From NCBI GenBank assembly GCA_965213675.1, contig OZ243916.1, forward strand, positions 3,040,001 through 3,104,000: a DNA stretch of 64,000 nucleotides, in the 5' to 3' direction. The position numbers and the translations under genes are program-made. Within the stretch, counting starts at the first letter, position 1. Each line of letters opens with the position of its first letter. The notes under the pieces are model-generated. The model was given only the letters and a program-made list of their open reading frames with translations, searched no databases and had not been told where the DNA came from. This stretch comes from an uncultured Candidatus Binatia bacterium (GTDB taxonomy: Bacteria; Desulfobacterota; Binatia; UBA9968; JAJDTQ01). Of the stretch, positions 53,059-64,000 are shown in pieces.

Positions 53059-55533
53059 TCAGAACTTCAGGTTGAAGGTGAGGAAGAAGGTGCGGCCCCA
53101 GTCGGCTTCCGTGGGCCCGTCCACGCTGTTGGGGTTGGCGGTGTCCACCGCCAGCCCGGCGTCGGTGAGGTTGAATACGCCGGCCGTGATCCGCGCGCCG
53201 TCCAGCCCCAGCGGACTGGCCCATTCCAGAACCGCGTCATGCCCGGTCCAGGACTCGAAGGTGCCGGTGTCCTGCCGGTTTCTGTAGCTGGAGCGGTAAT
53301 ACGTGGTCCAGATGAAGCTCACGCCGCCACGCCGCGCCAGGAGTCCGAGGCGGGCGATGTTCTTGGGTGTCGCGAGCCGGTCCTTCTCGCCTGCGATCTG
53401 CAGGTCGGTATCGGCGACGTGCCGCCAGGTTCCGCGCAGGCCCAACACGGCCCAATCCGTTTCGAAGCCCATGCCGAGACGGGCGTTGACGCCCGACATT
53501 TCACTGTCAACGACGTTGGCGTAGCCATTGTGAATCGTCAAGTCGCCGGCGATGCGCTCAATGCAGTCCGTCGTGTCGCCGGCCATGCATTCGTCCAGGT
53601 TCCGCATGGCCCAATCGGCGCTGTTCTGTCCCGGCAGACCCGAGCGCGAAAGCCGGTACCAGTCCACGCCGAAGAGAAACGGACCCTTGCGGGCCTCGGC
53701 GCCGATGGTGAGCCTTTGGGTATCGGCGGGATCGAGATCGGGGTTGCCCTTGGTTGCACGCGTCACTTGACGCGGATTGATCTCGGGGCACGAGCGGGGC
53801 GGAGCGCCGGTCCCTGGATCGCACTGGATGTAAGGATGGTCCTGGACGGGTTCGAGGCTGTAGAGATAGAACATCGAGGGCGACGTATCACCGGCGCTCC
53901 AGGAACCGCCCAGCGTGACGATGTCGGTCAACCGGTAGCGGGCGCCAAGCCGCCAGGACCACAGTCCGCCCACGTCGTCGTATTCGTCCCTGCGCCCCGC
54001 GATCCTGAGGTCCAGGTTCTCCACCAGCGGCAGCGCCATGTCCGCAAAGACCGCGGCGGCGTCGCGTTCGCCCTTGTAGCTTGTTCCGCCGGAACCCAGC
54101 ACCTCGGAAACGCTGTACTTCTTGCCGTCATTGCCGTGGTAGACCCGGATGGCATGCGCCTTCACCCGCTCCAGCTCGAACCCCGTGGTCCACGCCACAG
54201 GGCGGCCACCGATGGAGAGCCGCGACCCCTCCAGCGCCAACCGGGCGCCCAGGTGCTCGCTGCCGAAATCATTCTCCAGGCGCACACTGCTGTTCTTGAT
54301 GGCTTGCTGATGCCGCGGGTCGTCCGAAAAAGGGTTCACCAGATCGTAGTTCCCCGCCAGGACCTCGTCCAGCAGGGTGCCTTGGTGCACAAAAGTGTTG
54401 CCGTCCACCAGACCGTCACCCCGGAAGAAGCTTATGCGCGCATCGTAGCCGAGGTCCTCGGTGATGCGGCCCTCGATGCTCGCGGAAACGTCATATTCCT
54501 CGATGTCCGTCAGCCAGTCCCGGTTGCCGTGGCCGACGAAGCGGTGGCCCACGGCGAACGAGTCGTTGTCGTCCGCCTCGAAGTCCGGCGCCGCTGCGTT
54601 GATTTCTCCCAGCAAGCGTGCGTTTGGCCGAAAGGCAAAGGAATCGACGGAAGGTGCGTAGCGGAACGCCGCTTCTCCCCGTGAGAGATTGGCATCCATG
54701 CGGAATTGAGCCTGTTCGCCCAGCGGGTGTTCCAGGTTCAGGATCGCGCTCTGCTGCTCGTAGCTTTCGCTGTTCCACATGATGTCCCCGTAGGCGAATC
54801 CGCAGCCCTCGTCGCCGGAGGTGATGCCGGGTGGATTGCTGAGCGGGCCGGTATAGCCCTTGGCGGTATCGCAGTCCCCCAGCGCGATGGATCGCAGGTC
54901 GGTGGGGGTTCCGTCGTCATCTCGCTGGTTGATCCATACGGTGTTGCCGCCGACGCTGACGTTCTTCGCTTCGTTGAACGCGCCGCCCGGCCGCCATTCC
55001 GAGCGGCTGTAGTCCCGGCTCCGCGCGGTGATCTCCTGGCGTGTGAGGGCGTCCACGCCCAGGGTCATGCGCCCCTTCCCCACCGCGCCGCCCCAGAAGA
55101 CGCTGCCCTGCCAGCCGTCGCCGCCGTCCTGACCGGGCATGCGCGAGACCCCTCGCGTCTCGAAGCCTTCGAGGTCGCTGCGCAGCACGACGTTGATCGC
55201 GCCGCGCACGGCGCTGGCGTCGAGAGTGCCGAGGGTGTCGCTGGCGAGAAGCTCGACGCGCTCCACGGCCGACAGCGGCAAGGTGTCCAGATTGCTGGAT
55301 GTGGTCGCGTAAGGCCGGCCGTTGACCAGTACGAGCAATGACTGTCCGCCGGTCAGAAAGTAGCGGGCCACGCCGGTGTCCAGATATTCCTGGAGCGTCT
55401 GGGCGCCGGAACGCTCGATGGCGTCCCGCTCCAACGTGGCGGCGACACGCGGTGCGGGCGCGAGGGCGCCGGCATGCGCGACACCTGCCGCCAGAACGGC
55501 GAATACGGCAACCGTGGCCAATAGAGTCTTCAT
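53059..55533 (-). CDS. TonB-dependent receptor-like outer membrane protein
   Basis: Signal peptide; plug motifs LVLVNGRP...LPLSAVERVELL...GAINVVLR; GNPDLDP; C-terminal GRTFFLTFNLKF. Confidence 0.85.
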   Translation of the reverse strand: MKTLLATVAVFAVLAAGVAHAGALAPAPRVAATLERDAIERSGAQTLQEYLDTGVARYFLTGGQSLLVLVNGRPYATTSSNLDTLPLSAVERVELLASDTLGTLDASAVRGAINVVLRSDLEGFETRGVSRMPGQDGGDGWQGSVFWGGAVGKGRMTLGVDALTRQEITARSRDYSRSEWRPGGAFNEAKNVSVGGNTVWINQRDDDGTPTDLRSIALGDCDTAKGYTGPLSNPPGITSGDEGCGFAYGDIMWNSESYEQQSAILNLEHPLGEQAQFRMDANLSRGEAAFRYAPSVDSFAFRPNARLLGEINAAAPDFEADDNDSFAVGHRFVGHGNRDWLTDIEEYDVSASIEGRITEDLGYDARISFFRGDGLVDGNTFVHQGTLLDEVLAGNYDLVNPFSDDPRHQQAIKNSSVRLENDFGSEHLGARLALEGSRLSIGGRPVAWTTGFELERVKAHAIRVYHGNDGKKYSVSEVLGSGGTSYKGERDAAAVFADMALPLVENLDLRIAGRRDEYDDVGGLWSWRLGARYRLTDIVTLGGSWSAGDTSPSMFYLYSLEPVQDHPYIQCDPGTGAPPRSCPEINPRQVTRATKGNPDLDPADTQRLTIGAEARKGPFLFGVDWYRLSRSGLPGQNSADWAMRNLDECMAGDTTDCIERIAGDLTIHNGYANVVDSEMSGVNARLGMGFETDWAVLGLRGTWRHVADTDLQIAGEKDRLATPKNIARLGLLARRGGVSFIWTTYYRSSYRNRQDTGTFESWTGHDAVLEWASPLGLDGARITAGVFNLTDAGLAVDTANPNSVDGPTEADWGRTFFLTFNLKF

Positions 55534-55684
55534 TGAAACCTTCCCTCCGTTTCAACCGGCACTGGGATCCCCTGGACGGCACTGCTCCGGGACTGTATTC
55601 CCGCGACTCTCGTGGTTGTTGTCAGGAACGACCCGGGACACGACAGTAGGCGTCATTGCTACGACATAGACCTGCGACATGGAC

Positions 55685-55981
55685 CTACGACACAGAGGCT
55701 TGCAGGATGGGTTGGAGGTTGGCCGGGATCTCCACATCGCCGCTGAGCGATTCCCTGATTTCGTCCGCCAAAACATCCAGCCGGTCGCGCGCCGGCAGCC
55801 TCCGGTCCACGATCACCCACTTCTTTCCGTTGACAAGACAACCCCCGCTGCGTACCTGGTAGCCCAGGTCGCGCGAGAGCTTCTCGCACCGAACCTCGAT
55901 GCCGCACTGTTCCGCAAAGCCCCGAAGCTCACGGAATCGGTGTTCCTGAAAAGTTGCCTTCTTTGACGATGGTCTTGCCAC
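55685..55981 (-). CDS. Small conserved-looking hypothetical protein
   Basis: GIEVRCEKL...RSGGCLVNG...IVDRRL; GTG start proposed. Confidence 0.6.
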   Translation of the reverse strand: MARPSSKKATFQEHRFRELRGFAEQCGIEVRCEKLSRDLGYQVRSGGCLVNGKKWVIVDRRLPARDRLDVLADEIRESLSGDVEIPANLQPILQASVS

Positions 55982-56121
55982 ATTAATGCATATTATCATG
56001 CCGTCGATGGGATTGTCTTGCGCGTGGCCGGGGCCGGCGGTTGAAAAAGCCCGATGCGCTGCTATCGTCGGGTCAAGCGCATCCGATGACTTTGTCCCCC
56101 CATCGCGCATGGAGCCCGGTC

Positions 56122-56925
56122 ATGGAGTTTCTCGCGGCAGCGATCCAGATGTTGGCCTCCTCCGACAAGGAGGCCAACTTGCAAGAGGCCGAGGGCTGGG
56201 TTCGCCAGGCCCACGCCCAGGGCGCGCAACTCGTGGCGCTGCCGGAGGTGTTCAACTGGCGCGGGCGCGGGAGGGACACCGCGGCCCACGCGGAGCCGGT
56301 GCCCGGCCCCACCACGGAACGGATGAGCGCGCTGGCGGCCGAGTGCGGAATCTACCTTTTGGCCGGCTCGATGCTCGAGGCCGCGGGTTCGGACGGGCGC
56401 GCCTATAACACCAGCGTGCTCATCGGCCCGGATGCGGGAATCATCGCCAGGTACCGGAAGATCCACCTGTTCGACGTCGAGATCGAAGGCGAAGCCCCCA
56501 TCCGTGAGTCCGAGTTTCGCCGCCCGGGCGAGGATGTCGTGGTGGCGGACACTCCCATGTGCCCCATGGGCCTGTCGGTCTGTTACGACCTGCGTTTCCC
56601 GGAGCTTTACCGCCGTCTGACGGGCGCCGGCGCCAAGGTCATCTTCGTGCCGTCGGTCTTCACGGTCCCCACCGGTCGGGCGCACTGGGAAACGCTGCTG
56701 CGCGCCCGCGCCATCGAGAACCAGGTCTACATCATCGCTCCCGACCAGACCGGCCGGCATCCCGCCAGCATGGCCGCCTACGGCCATTCCATGATCGTCG
56801 ATCCCTGGGGCAAGGTCATCGCCGAGGCCGGCGCCGAGCCGTGCCTCGTGCTGGCCGAAATCGATCTCGACTACCTGCGGGATGTGCGGCGGAGGCTGCC
56901 CGCGCTGGAGCACCGCAGGACATGA
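56122..56925 (+). CDS. Carbon-nitrogen hydrolase (Nit1/deaminated glutathione amidase-like)
   Basis: E-K-C triad (LPEVF, YRKIHLFD, VCYDLRFPE); HWETLLRARAIENQ motif. Confidence 0.93.
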   Translation: MEFLAAAIQMLASSDKEANLQEAEGWVRQAHAQGAQLVALPEVFNWRGRGRDTAAHAEPVPGPTTERMSALAAECGIYLLAGSMLEAAGSDGRAYNTSVLIGPDAGIIARYRKIHLFDVEIEGEAPIRESEFRRPGEDVVVADTPMCPMGLSVCYDLRFPELYRRLTGAGAKVIFVPSVFTVPTGRAHWETLLRARAIENQVYIIAPDQTGRHPASMAAYGHSMIVDPWGKVIAEAGAEPCLVLAEIDLDYLRDVRRRLPALEHRRT

Positions 56926-56942
56926 TTCTTCCATGATCCCGC

Positions 56943-57563
56943 TTACGAGAGCGGGATCATGACGTGTTCCTTGTAGGCAGGGCGCTCGCACAGGCGCGCG
57001 TACCACGCCTCGACGTTGGACATGGGCGGCCGCTGGATGTCCATGGCGAACCAGCGGTAGGCCCAGATGCCCATCGGGATGTCGCCGATGCTGAAGGACT
57101 CGCCGGCGAGGTAGTCCTGGCCTTCGAGGTAGCGCTCCAGGATTTCCCAGATGGGTACCGCCGCGGCCACCGCCTTCTCGATGGCGGCGGAGTCGCGCTC
57201 GGCCTCGGGGGTCCGGATGAGTCCGAAGAAGATCGGCACCATGAACGCATTCACGGTGGACAGCTGCCAGTCCATCCAGCGGTTGGCGCTTCCGCGTCCT
57301 TCGGCGGTGGCGGGCAGGAGCCAACCCCCTTGGTATTTGTGGACCAGGTAGCGCACGATGCTGTTGGATTCCCACAGGACGAAGTCGCCGTCCTGCAGGG
57401 TCGGGACCACGCCGTTGGGGTTGAGGTCGAGGTAGGGGCGTTCCCGGTTCTTGCCGAACGGCCCGCCGATGTCCTCGCGTTCGAAGGGGATGTTCAACTC
57501 GCCGCAGCACCACAGCACCTTTTGCACGTTGGATGAAGTCTTTCGTCCCAGGATTTTGAGCAC
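56943..57563 (-). CDS. Glutathione S-transferase
   Basis: GRKTSSNVQKV, LNPNGVVPTL and LWESNSIVRYL motifs; GGAGG RBS before GTG. Confidence 0.93.
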   Translation of the reverse strand: MLKILGRKTSSNVQKVLWCCGELNIPFEREDIGGPFGKNRERPYLDLNPNGVVPTLQDGDFVLWESNSIVRYLVHKYQGGWLLPATAEGRGSANRWMDWQLSTVNAFMVPIFFGLIRTPEAERDSAAIEKAVAAAVPIWEILERYLEGQDYLAGESFSIGDIPMGIWAYRWFAMDIQRPPMSNVEAWYARLCERPAYKEHVMIPLS

Positions 57564-57675
57564 TTGGGTCACCTCCGCGAAGTATTGGACCGCGCCGGGC
57601 CGCCGCTGGAGGACGACCCCGCCGGAGCACCGCAAAAATCTACTACGAAACCCGTGAAAGCGTCCACAGAACCAC

Positions 57676-57710
57676 TTGACTGCGAGCAAATCGTGCTTAG
57701 ATTAGCGCTC
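57676..57710 (+). promoter_or_regulatory. groESL promoter with half CIRCE-like site
   Basis: TTGACT-16-TAGATT; TTAGCGCTC at 57702-57710 without a matching right arm. Confidence 0.45.
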
Positions 57711-57747
57711 AAATCCTATCATTTCACTCTCAAGGGAGGTTCGAACT

Positions 57748-58038
57748 ATGGCGGCGAAAGTAAAGCCTTTGCACGACAGGATCATCGTCAAGAGGCTGGA
57801 CGAGGAGGAGACCACGGCCGGCGGCATCATCATCCCGGACACGGCCAAGGAAAAGCCCCAGGAGGGCATGGTGGTAGCGGTGGGCTCCGGCAAGCGCGAG
57901 GACGGCAAGGTGGTGGCCCTGGACGTCAAGGAAGGCGACAAGGTCCTGTTCGGGAAGTATTCCGGCACCGAGATCCAGTTGGACGGCGACGAGCACCTCA
58001 TCATGAGGGAAGACGACATCCTCGGGATCATCGAATAA
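57748..58038 (+). CDS. groES: Co-chaperonin GroES
   Basis: [11 protein letters not shown]...[16 protein letters not shown]. Confidence 0.98.
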   Translation: MAAKVKPLHDRIIVKRLDEEETTAGGIIIPDTAKEKPQEGMVVAVGSGKREDGKVVALDVKEGDKVLFGKYSGTEIQLDGDEHLIMREDDILGIIE

Positions 58039-59670
<1,632 letters not shown>

Positions 59671-59711
59671 ACGGCGACGGGCCGGTCTCGGGCCGCCATC
59701 ACCGATAACCG

Positions 59712-59745
59712 AAAGGGGGAGGACGCGAGTCCTCTCCCTTTTTTT
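59712..59745 (+). terminator. Rho-independent terminator after groEL
   Basis: GGGGGAGGAC-GCGA-GTCCTCTCCC followed by T7. Confidence 0.85.
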
Positions 59746-59772
59746 CGTTCTACACCCTGCGCGTGTGGCGGA

Positions 59773-60663
59773 TTACCCTTGGCGAGAGGCGCCAAGGGCT
59801 GCAAACATGATATCGGTGTCCGGGTCGCAGCCGAACCAGGTGCGGAAGGATGCCGCCCCCTGGTGTACCAGCATGCCGAGGCCCTCCACGGTCCGGCATC
59901 CCTTGCGTCTGGCCTCCCTCAGCAGCACGGTTTCCCGGGGCTGGTAGACGATGTCGTGGACGGTGTGGCGTGGTTCCAGCAGCGCTGGGTTGATGGGGCA
60001 CCCCTGGATGTCCGGGGCCATGCCTGCTGAAGTGCAGTTGATGATGAGGTCGGCGGCGCCACCGAAGGCGGCGAAGTCAGTCAGCGTGCCCGAGCGCAGC
60101 GCCGTGCCTTCCGCGCTGGACCGCGCGACATCCTGAGCCAGTGCGCCGGCCTTCTCCTTGCTGCGGCCCAGTATGGCGAGCTGCGGCAGCCGAAACCTCT
60201 CGTCGACCCCGCCGATACCCGCGCAACTGCCCCGGGCCAGCACAAAGGCGAGCGCCCGCGCCGCCCCGCCATTGCCAAGGATCACGACACGGCTGCCGTC
60301 GAGTTCGATTCCGGCCTCGCGGAGGTTCAACACGGCTCCGGGGGCGTCGGTGGTGGTCCCCATCAGCCGCTCGCCGTCCCGGTAGATCGTGTTGACGCTC
60401 CCGGTGAAGCGAGACTCCTCGCTCAGGCCGTCGAGGTGGGGGATGACCGCTTGCTTGTGCGGGATGGTCAGGTTGGCTCCGAGAAAACCCACACCGCGCA
60501 GGCCGGCGATGACGTCGCCCAGTGCGGCGGGGGGGCACGGGAACGGGACGTAGCAGGCGTTCAGGCCCGCGGCCTGTATGGCGGCGTTGTGCATGACCGG
60601 CGACATGGAATGCTCCACCGGCCAGCCCAGGACTCCCAAGAGCCTTGTGGTTCCGTCGATCAT
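59773..60663 (-). CDS. aroE: Shikimate dehydrogenase
   Basis: HSMSP.MHN, GANLTIPHK, SVNT, GNGGAARA and GLGMLVHQG motifs. Confidence 0.95.
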   Translation of the reverse strand: MIDGTTRLLGVLGWPVEHSMSPVMHNAAIQAAGLNACYVPFPCPPAALGDVIAGLRGVGFLGANLTIPHKQAVIPHLDGLSEESRFTGSVNTIYRDGERLMGTTTDAPGAVLNLREAGIELDGSRVVILGNGGAARALAFVLARGSCAGIGGVDERFRLPQLAILGRSKEKAGALAQDVARSSAEGTALRSGTLTDFAAFGGAADLIINCTSAGMAPDIQGCPINPALLEPRHTVHDIVYQPRETVLLREARRKGCRTVEGLGMLVHQGAASFRTWFGCDPDTDIMFAALGASRQG

Positions 60664-60727
60664 GGTTCGAGTCCGATCCACACCGCGTTGCCCTCGTTCC
60701 AGGAGCCTGTGGGATCCGGTTCGGCCT

Positions 60728-60862
60728 CCTTCGACTCCACTGCGCCATGCTCAGGACGAACGGGAAGAGCAACGGCGGCATGCCGCAAGGGCAAACGGAA
60801 CATGGTTCGTCGTGAGCCCTTCGACACGCTCAAGACAGACTCGCGCCGCCAAGTTGAACCAT
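60728..60862. repeat. Degenerate REP-like cluster (CTTCGAC..GCTCAGGACGAACGG / GTTCGT.GTGAGC..GAACC type)
   Basis: CCTTCGAC occurs twice; GCTCAGGACGAAC pairs with GTTCGTCGTGAGC. Confidence 0.5.
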
Positions 60863-60889
60863 GTCCAGCAACGGCAAACGCCGGCGTGA

Positions 60890-61720
60890 TCATCGTACCC
60901 CTTCATGGCCCGTGGAAGTTTGCGCGGTGTTTTCGGCCGGCAACCCGAACAGCCTGCGCGCGTTGCGGCTGACCACGCCGGCGATCTCGTCCACGCCGAC
61001 ATCCCGAACCTGCGCCAGAGTCTCGGCGACGAAACGGACGTAGGCGGGCTCGTTGCGCCGCCCGCGCTTGGGAACCGGAGCCAGGAACGGCGCGTCGGTT
61101 TCGATGAGCAGACGGTCCGCCGGAACCTGCCGGGCAACGTCCCGAAGCCCCTCGGCGTTCTTGAAGGTGACGATGCCCGAGAACGACAGGTAGAAGCCAA
61201 GGTCGAGGAACGTGCGCGCGGCCGCGGCGTCGCTACTGAAGCAGTGGATCACCCCGTGAAGCGCCCCGCCGCCCCGGCTCCGAATCGTCTCCGCCACCTC
61301 GCGGTCCGACTCCCGGTTGTGCACCACGATGGGCAGCCCGGTTTCCACCGCCAGGGCCGCGAAGCGTTCGAACATGTCGCGCTGAACCTGCCGGGGCGAA
61401 TGGTCGTAGTGGAAGTCGAGGCCGGTCTCCCCGATGGCCACCACCTTCGGGTGTCGCGCCAGGTCGCGCAAGCGCGCCATGTCCGCCGCGCCCACGTCCT
61501 TGGCGTCGTGGGGGTGCATGCCCACGGTGGCATAGACCCCCGCGTGCTCGTCCGCCAGCCGCACCGCCTTCTCGTTGGTGGAAAGGTCTCCCGCGCCCCC
61601 CACCACGATCAGGGTGCCGACGCCCGCCTCCGCGGCACGCTCCAGCACCGCGTCCCGGTCCTCGTCGAACTCCTCGGTCTGGATGTGGCAGTGGGTGTCG
61701 ATGAGATGCGGAAGGGCCAT
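60890..61720 (-). CDS. tatD: TatD family DNase
   Basis: DTHCH, GETGLDF, VHNRE, HCF and ETDAPFL motifs. Confidence 0.95.
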   Translation of the reverse strand: MALPHLIDTHCHIQTEEFDEDRDAVLERAAEAGVGTLIVVGGAGDLSTNEKAVRLADEHAGVYATVGMHPHDAKDVGAADMARLRDLARHPKVVAIGETGLDFHYDHSPRQVQRDMFERFAALAVETGLPIVVHNRESDREVAETIRSRGGGALHGVIHCFSSDAAAARTFLDLGFYLSFSGIVTFKNAEGLRDVARQVPADRLLIETDAPFLAPVPKRGRRNEPAYVRFVAETLAQVRDVGVDEIAGVVSRNARRLFGLPAENTAQTSTGHEGVR

Positions 61721-61827
61721 GTTCACCGCGTTCACCCCGTCACTCCGCCGGCCGTTGAAAAATGCCGGCAACTCCCGCCAACACTATTTCCGTCAACGTC
61801 GTTCCCGCGAAAGCCTGCCCCCGACCC

Positions 61828-63369
61828 TCAGCCGCGCTCATCCTCCGACTCCTCGATCCTCGGGAACAGGATGCGTGGCGGCTGCACCTCGTGCCCTTCG
61901 GCGAACGAGCCGCCCCATTCGGTGCGGCGGCCGTCGGTGGCCGGCAACGCCAGAAGCTCCCGCACCGCCGCCCCGGTCTCGGGCAGGAACGGGCTCAGCA
62001 ATTCGCCGGTGATGCGCACGCCTTCCAGCAGGTGGTGCAGGATCTCCCCCACCCGCGGCTTCTGGTCGGGGTCCTTGACCAGGGTGAAGGGCGCGGTCTG
62101 CACGATGTACTGGTTGGCCCGGTCCAGGGCGGCGAATATCGCTTCCAGCGCCCGGTGGAAGGCCATGTCCTCCATGTACCGGTCCACGGTGGCCGCCGCT
62201 GTCTGGAAAGCCTCCCTGAGCTCGCGGTCCTCGGCCTGTTCACTGTCGCCCATGGGCTGCACCACGCTGCCGAAGTAACGCTTCTGCATGGCGAGAACCC
62301 GGCTCACCAGGTTGCCGAAGTTGTTGGCCAGATCGGCGTTGACCCGGTTGATGAACGCGTCCATGGAAAAGGCCGCGTCCTGGCCGAACACCATTTCCCG
62401 CAGCAGGTAGTAGCGGAACGCATCCATGCCGTAACGTTCCTTCATTTCCAGCGGCCGGATGACATTGCCCAGACTCTTGGACATCTTGCCCTTGTCCATG
62501 ATCCAGTAGCCGTGCACCTTGAGCCGGCGGTAGAGCGGCAGCCCCGCCGCCATGAGCATGGTGGGCCAGTAGATGGCGTGGGGTTTGAGAATGTCCTTGG
62601 CGATGATGTGATTGCAGCAGGGCCAGTAGGCGTCGAGGGACTCCGCGCCCTTGTGCTCCAGCGCGCTCACGTAGTTGATGAGCGCGTCGAACCAGACGTA
62701 GGTGACATAGTCCGGGTCGAAGGGCAACGGGATACCCCATTGCAACCGGCTCTTGGGCCGGGAGATGCACAGGTCTTCCAGGGGCTCGCGCAGCAGCGCC
62801 AGCACCTCGGTGCGGTAGCTCTGCGGCGTGACGAACTCCGGGTTCTCCTCGAGGTGCTGGAGCAGCCGGTCCTGGTACTTGCCCATGCGGAAGAAGTAGT
62901 TTTTCTCCTCGATAAAGGCCGCCTCAGTCTGGTGGTCCGGGCACTTGCCGTCCTGCAGCTCCTTCTCGGTGAAGAAGCGCTCGCAGCCGTAGCAGTAGAA
63001 ACCGCCGTATTCCCCGAAGTAAATGTCGCCGGCGTCGTAGATGTGCTGGAGGATCCGGCTCACCGTGGCCTTGTGATACTCGTCGGTGGTGCGGATGAAG
63101 TAGTCGTAGGCGATTCCGCAGGTGTCCCAGGTGGAACGGAACAGTCCGCTGATCCGGTCCGCGTAGGTCTTGGGATCGATGTCGTCCGCGGCGGCCGCCT
63201 GGGCGATCTTGTCGCCGTGTTCGTCGGTGCCGGTGAGGAAGAAGACATCCCGGCCGCGCATCCGGTGGTAGCGCTTCAGCGTGTCCGCGATGATGGTCGT
63301 GTAGGTGTGCCCGAGATGCGGCTGGGCGTTCACGTAGTAGATCGGCGTGGTGAAGTATATGCGGTCCAT
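61828..63369 (-). CDS. metG: Methionine--tRNA ligase (short form)
   Basis: TTPIYYVN..PHLGH, GTDEHG, YVWFDAL and KMSKS motifs. Confidence 0.98.
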   Translation of the reverse strand: MDRIYFTTPIYYVNAQPHLGHTYTTIIADTLKRYHRMRGRDVFFLTGTDEHGDKIAQAAAADDIDPKTYADRISGLFRSTWDTCGIAYDYFIRTTDEYHKATVSRILQHIYDAGDIYFGEYGGFYCYGCERFFTEKELQDGKCPDHQTEAAFIEEKNYFFRMGKYQDRLLQHLEENPEFVTPQSYRTEVLALLREPLEDLCISRPKSRLQWGIPLPFDPDYVTYVWFDALINYVSALEHKGAESLDAYWPCCNHIIAKDILKPHAIYWPTMLMAAGLPLYRRLKVHGYWIMDKGKMSKSLGNVIRPLEMKERYGMDAFRYYLLREMVFGQDAAFSMDAFINRVNADLANNFGNLVSRVLAMQKRYFGSVVQPMGDSEQAEDRELREAFQTAAATVDRYMEDMAFHRALEAIFAALDRANQYIVQTAPFTLVKDPDQKPRVGEILHHLLEGVRITGELLSPFLPETGAAVRELLALPATDGRRTEWGGSFAEGHEVQPPRILFPRIEESEDERG

Positions 63370-63547
63370 GACGGTGGTGCGGTCCCCTCGATCTCAGGAT
63401 GGCGCCGGTCGCCTGCTCCTCTCCGAGGCCCCAGGGCGAACGGGGTCGATAATGGCGAATTCTCCTCAAATCCGCCCGAAACTGGCCTCTGTCCCTCGCT
63501 TCGATCCGGCGAACCCGACACGCGCGTGGATCAGAGAATGTTCGCCA

Positions 63548-63613
63548 GGAGCTTGCGCCGTAGGGGCGGATGAGAGCGAATTCGCAGCGGTGAATTCCTA
63601 CGGCGCAAGCTCC
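63548..63613. repeat. 17-bp perfect inverted repeat hairpin (GTAG REP-like)
   Basis: GGAGCTTGCGCCGTAGG ... CCTACGGCGCAAGCTCC. Confidence 0.75.
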
Positions 63614-63625
63614 CAGGCTTGCGTG

Positions 63626-64000
63626 TCATCCGTGTTGGCCCACGATACCGGGAATGAAACCCTCCAGAACCATGCGCCGGTTGAAGTTCCGGTGAATGGC
63701 CCGGGTCACGCGGTCGATCTCGGCCAGGGCCGCGGTGGATTCCTGCACCCGCCGGGCCGCGGCCGCCCGCTGGAGCGGCTCCAGCAGGTCCCGGTTGCAC
63801 ACGGTCGCCGCGGAGCCCGTGACCTGAAGCACCATGATGTCCCGTAGCCACCCGCGCACCCAGTCAAGGAACCGCAGCGTCTGTTCGCGGTCCTTGCCCA
63901 TCTCCTCGGCCAACGCCGAGATGCCCCGCGCGTCGTCGGGCGAGAGTGCCGCCAGCCGGTGGAAGCACTCCCTGCGCTTTTCCAGGAGCGCCTCGTCCTC
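63626..64000 (-). CDS. holB: DNA polymerase III delta' subunit, C-terminal part (5' truncated by window)
   Basis: W.RD...NRD...N.NRRM.LE C-terminal pattern; holB-metG-tatD synteny. Confidence 0.7.
   Translation of the reverse strand, partial: EDEALLEKRRECFHRLAALSPDDARGISALAEEMGKDREQTLRFLDWVRGWLRDIMVLQVTGSAATVCNRDLLEPLQRAAAARRVQESTAALAEIDRVTRAIHRNFNRRMVLEGFIPGIVGQHG

Overview
GC-rich bacterial chromosomal segment. Gene content and the eukaryote-like ankyrin, LRR and Calx-beta proteins suggest a deltaproteobacterial/Binatia-like host-associated organism, possibly a sponge symbiont; this is inference only. The housekeeping backbone is atpH(partial)AGDC, aroC-aroK-aroB-aroQ, an MFS transporter, gyrB-gyrA-gpsA, rpmH-rnpA-yidD-yidC-jag, a TetR/RND efflux locus, proS-pyrF-ribBX, a complex I-like nuo operon (A,C,D,H-N; no nuoB, E, F or G), nitrilase, GST, groES-groEL, aroE, tatD, metG and holB(partial). 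Accessory material is (i) a 1927-aa Calx-beta/LRR/autotransporter adhesin preceded by an 8-bp tandem array, (ii) a decayed mobile/defence island at about 35.3-40.8 kb (higBA, ssb stub, tyrosine integrase remnant, secreted ankyrin protein, HEPN fusion), and (iii) a TonB-dependent receptor bracketed by a perfect 12-bp inverted repeat. The clearest non-coding signal is a family of 165-bp CTAG-bounded palindromic elements (three intact copies, one decayed copy, several solo ends). They share a conserved core but carry two different, internally co-varying sets of inverted arms, and two copies supply host stop codons. No rRNA, tRNA or CRISPR array was seen.
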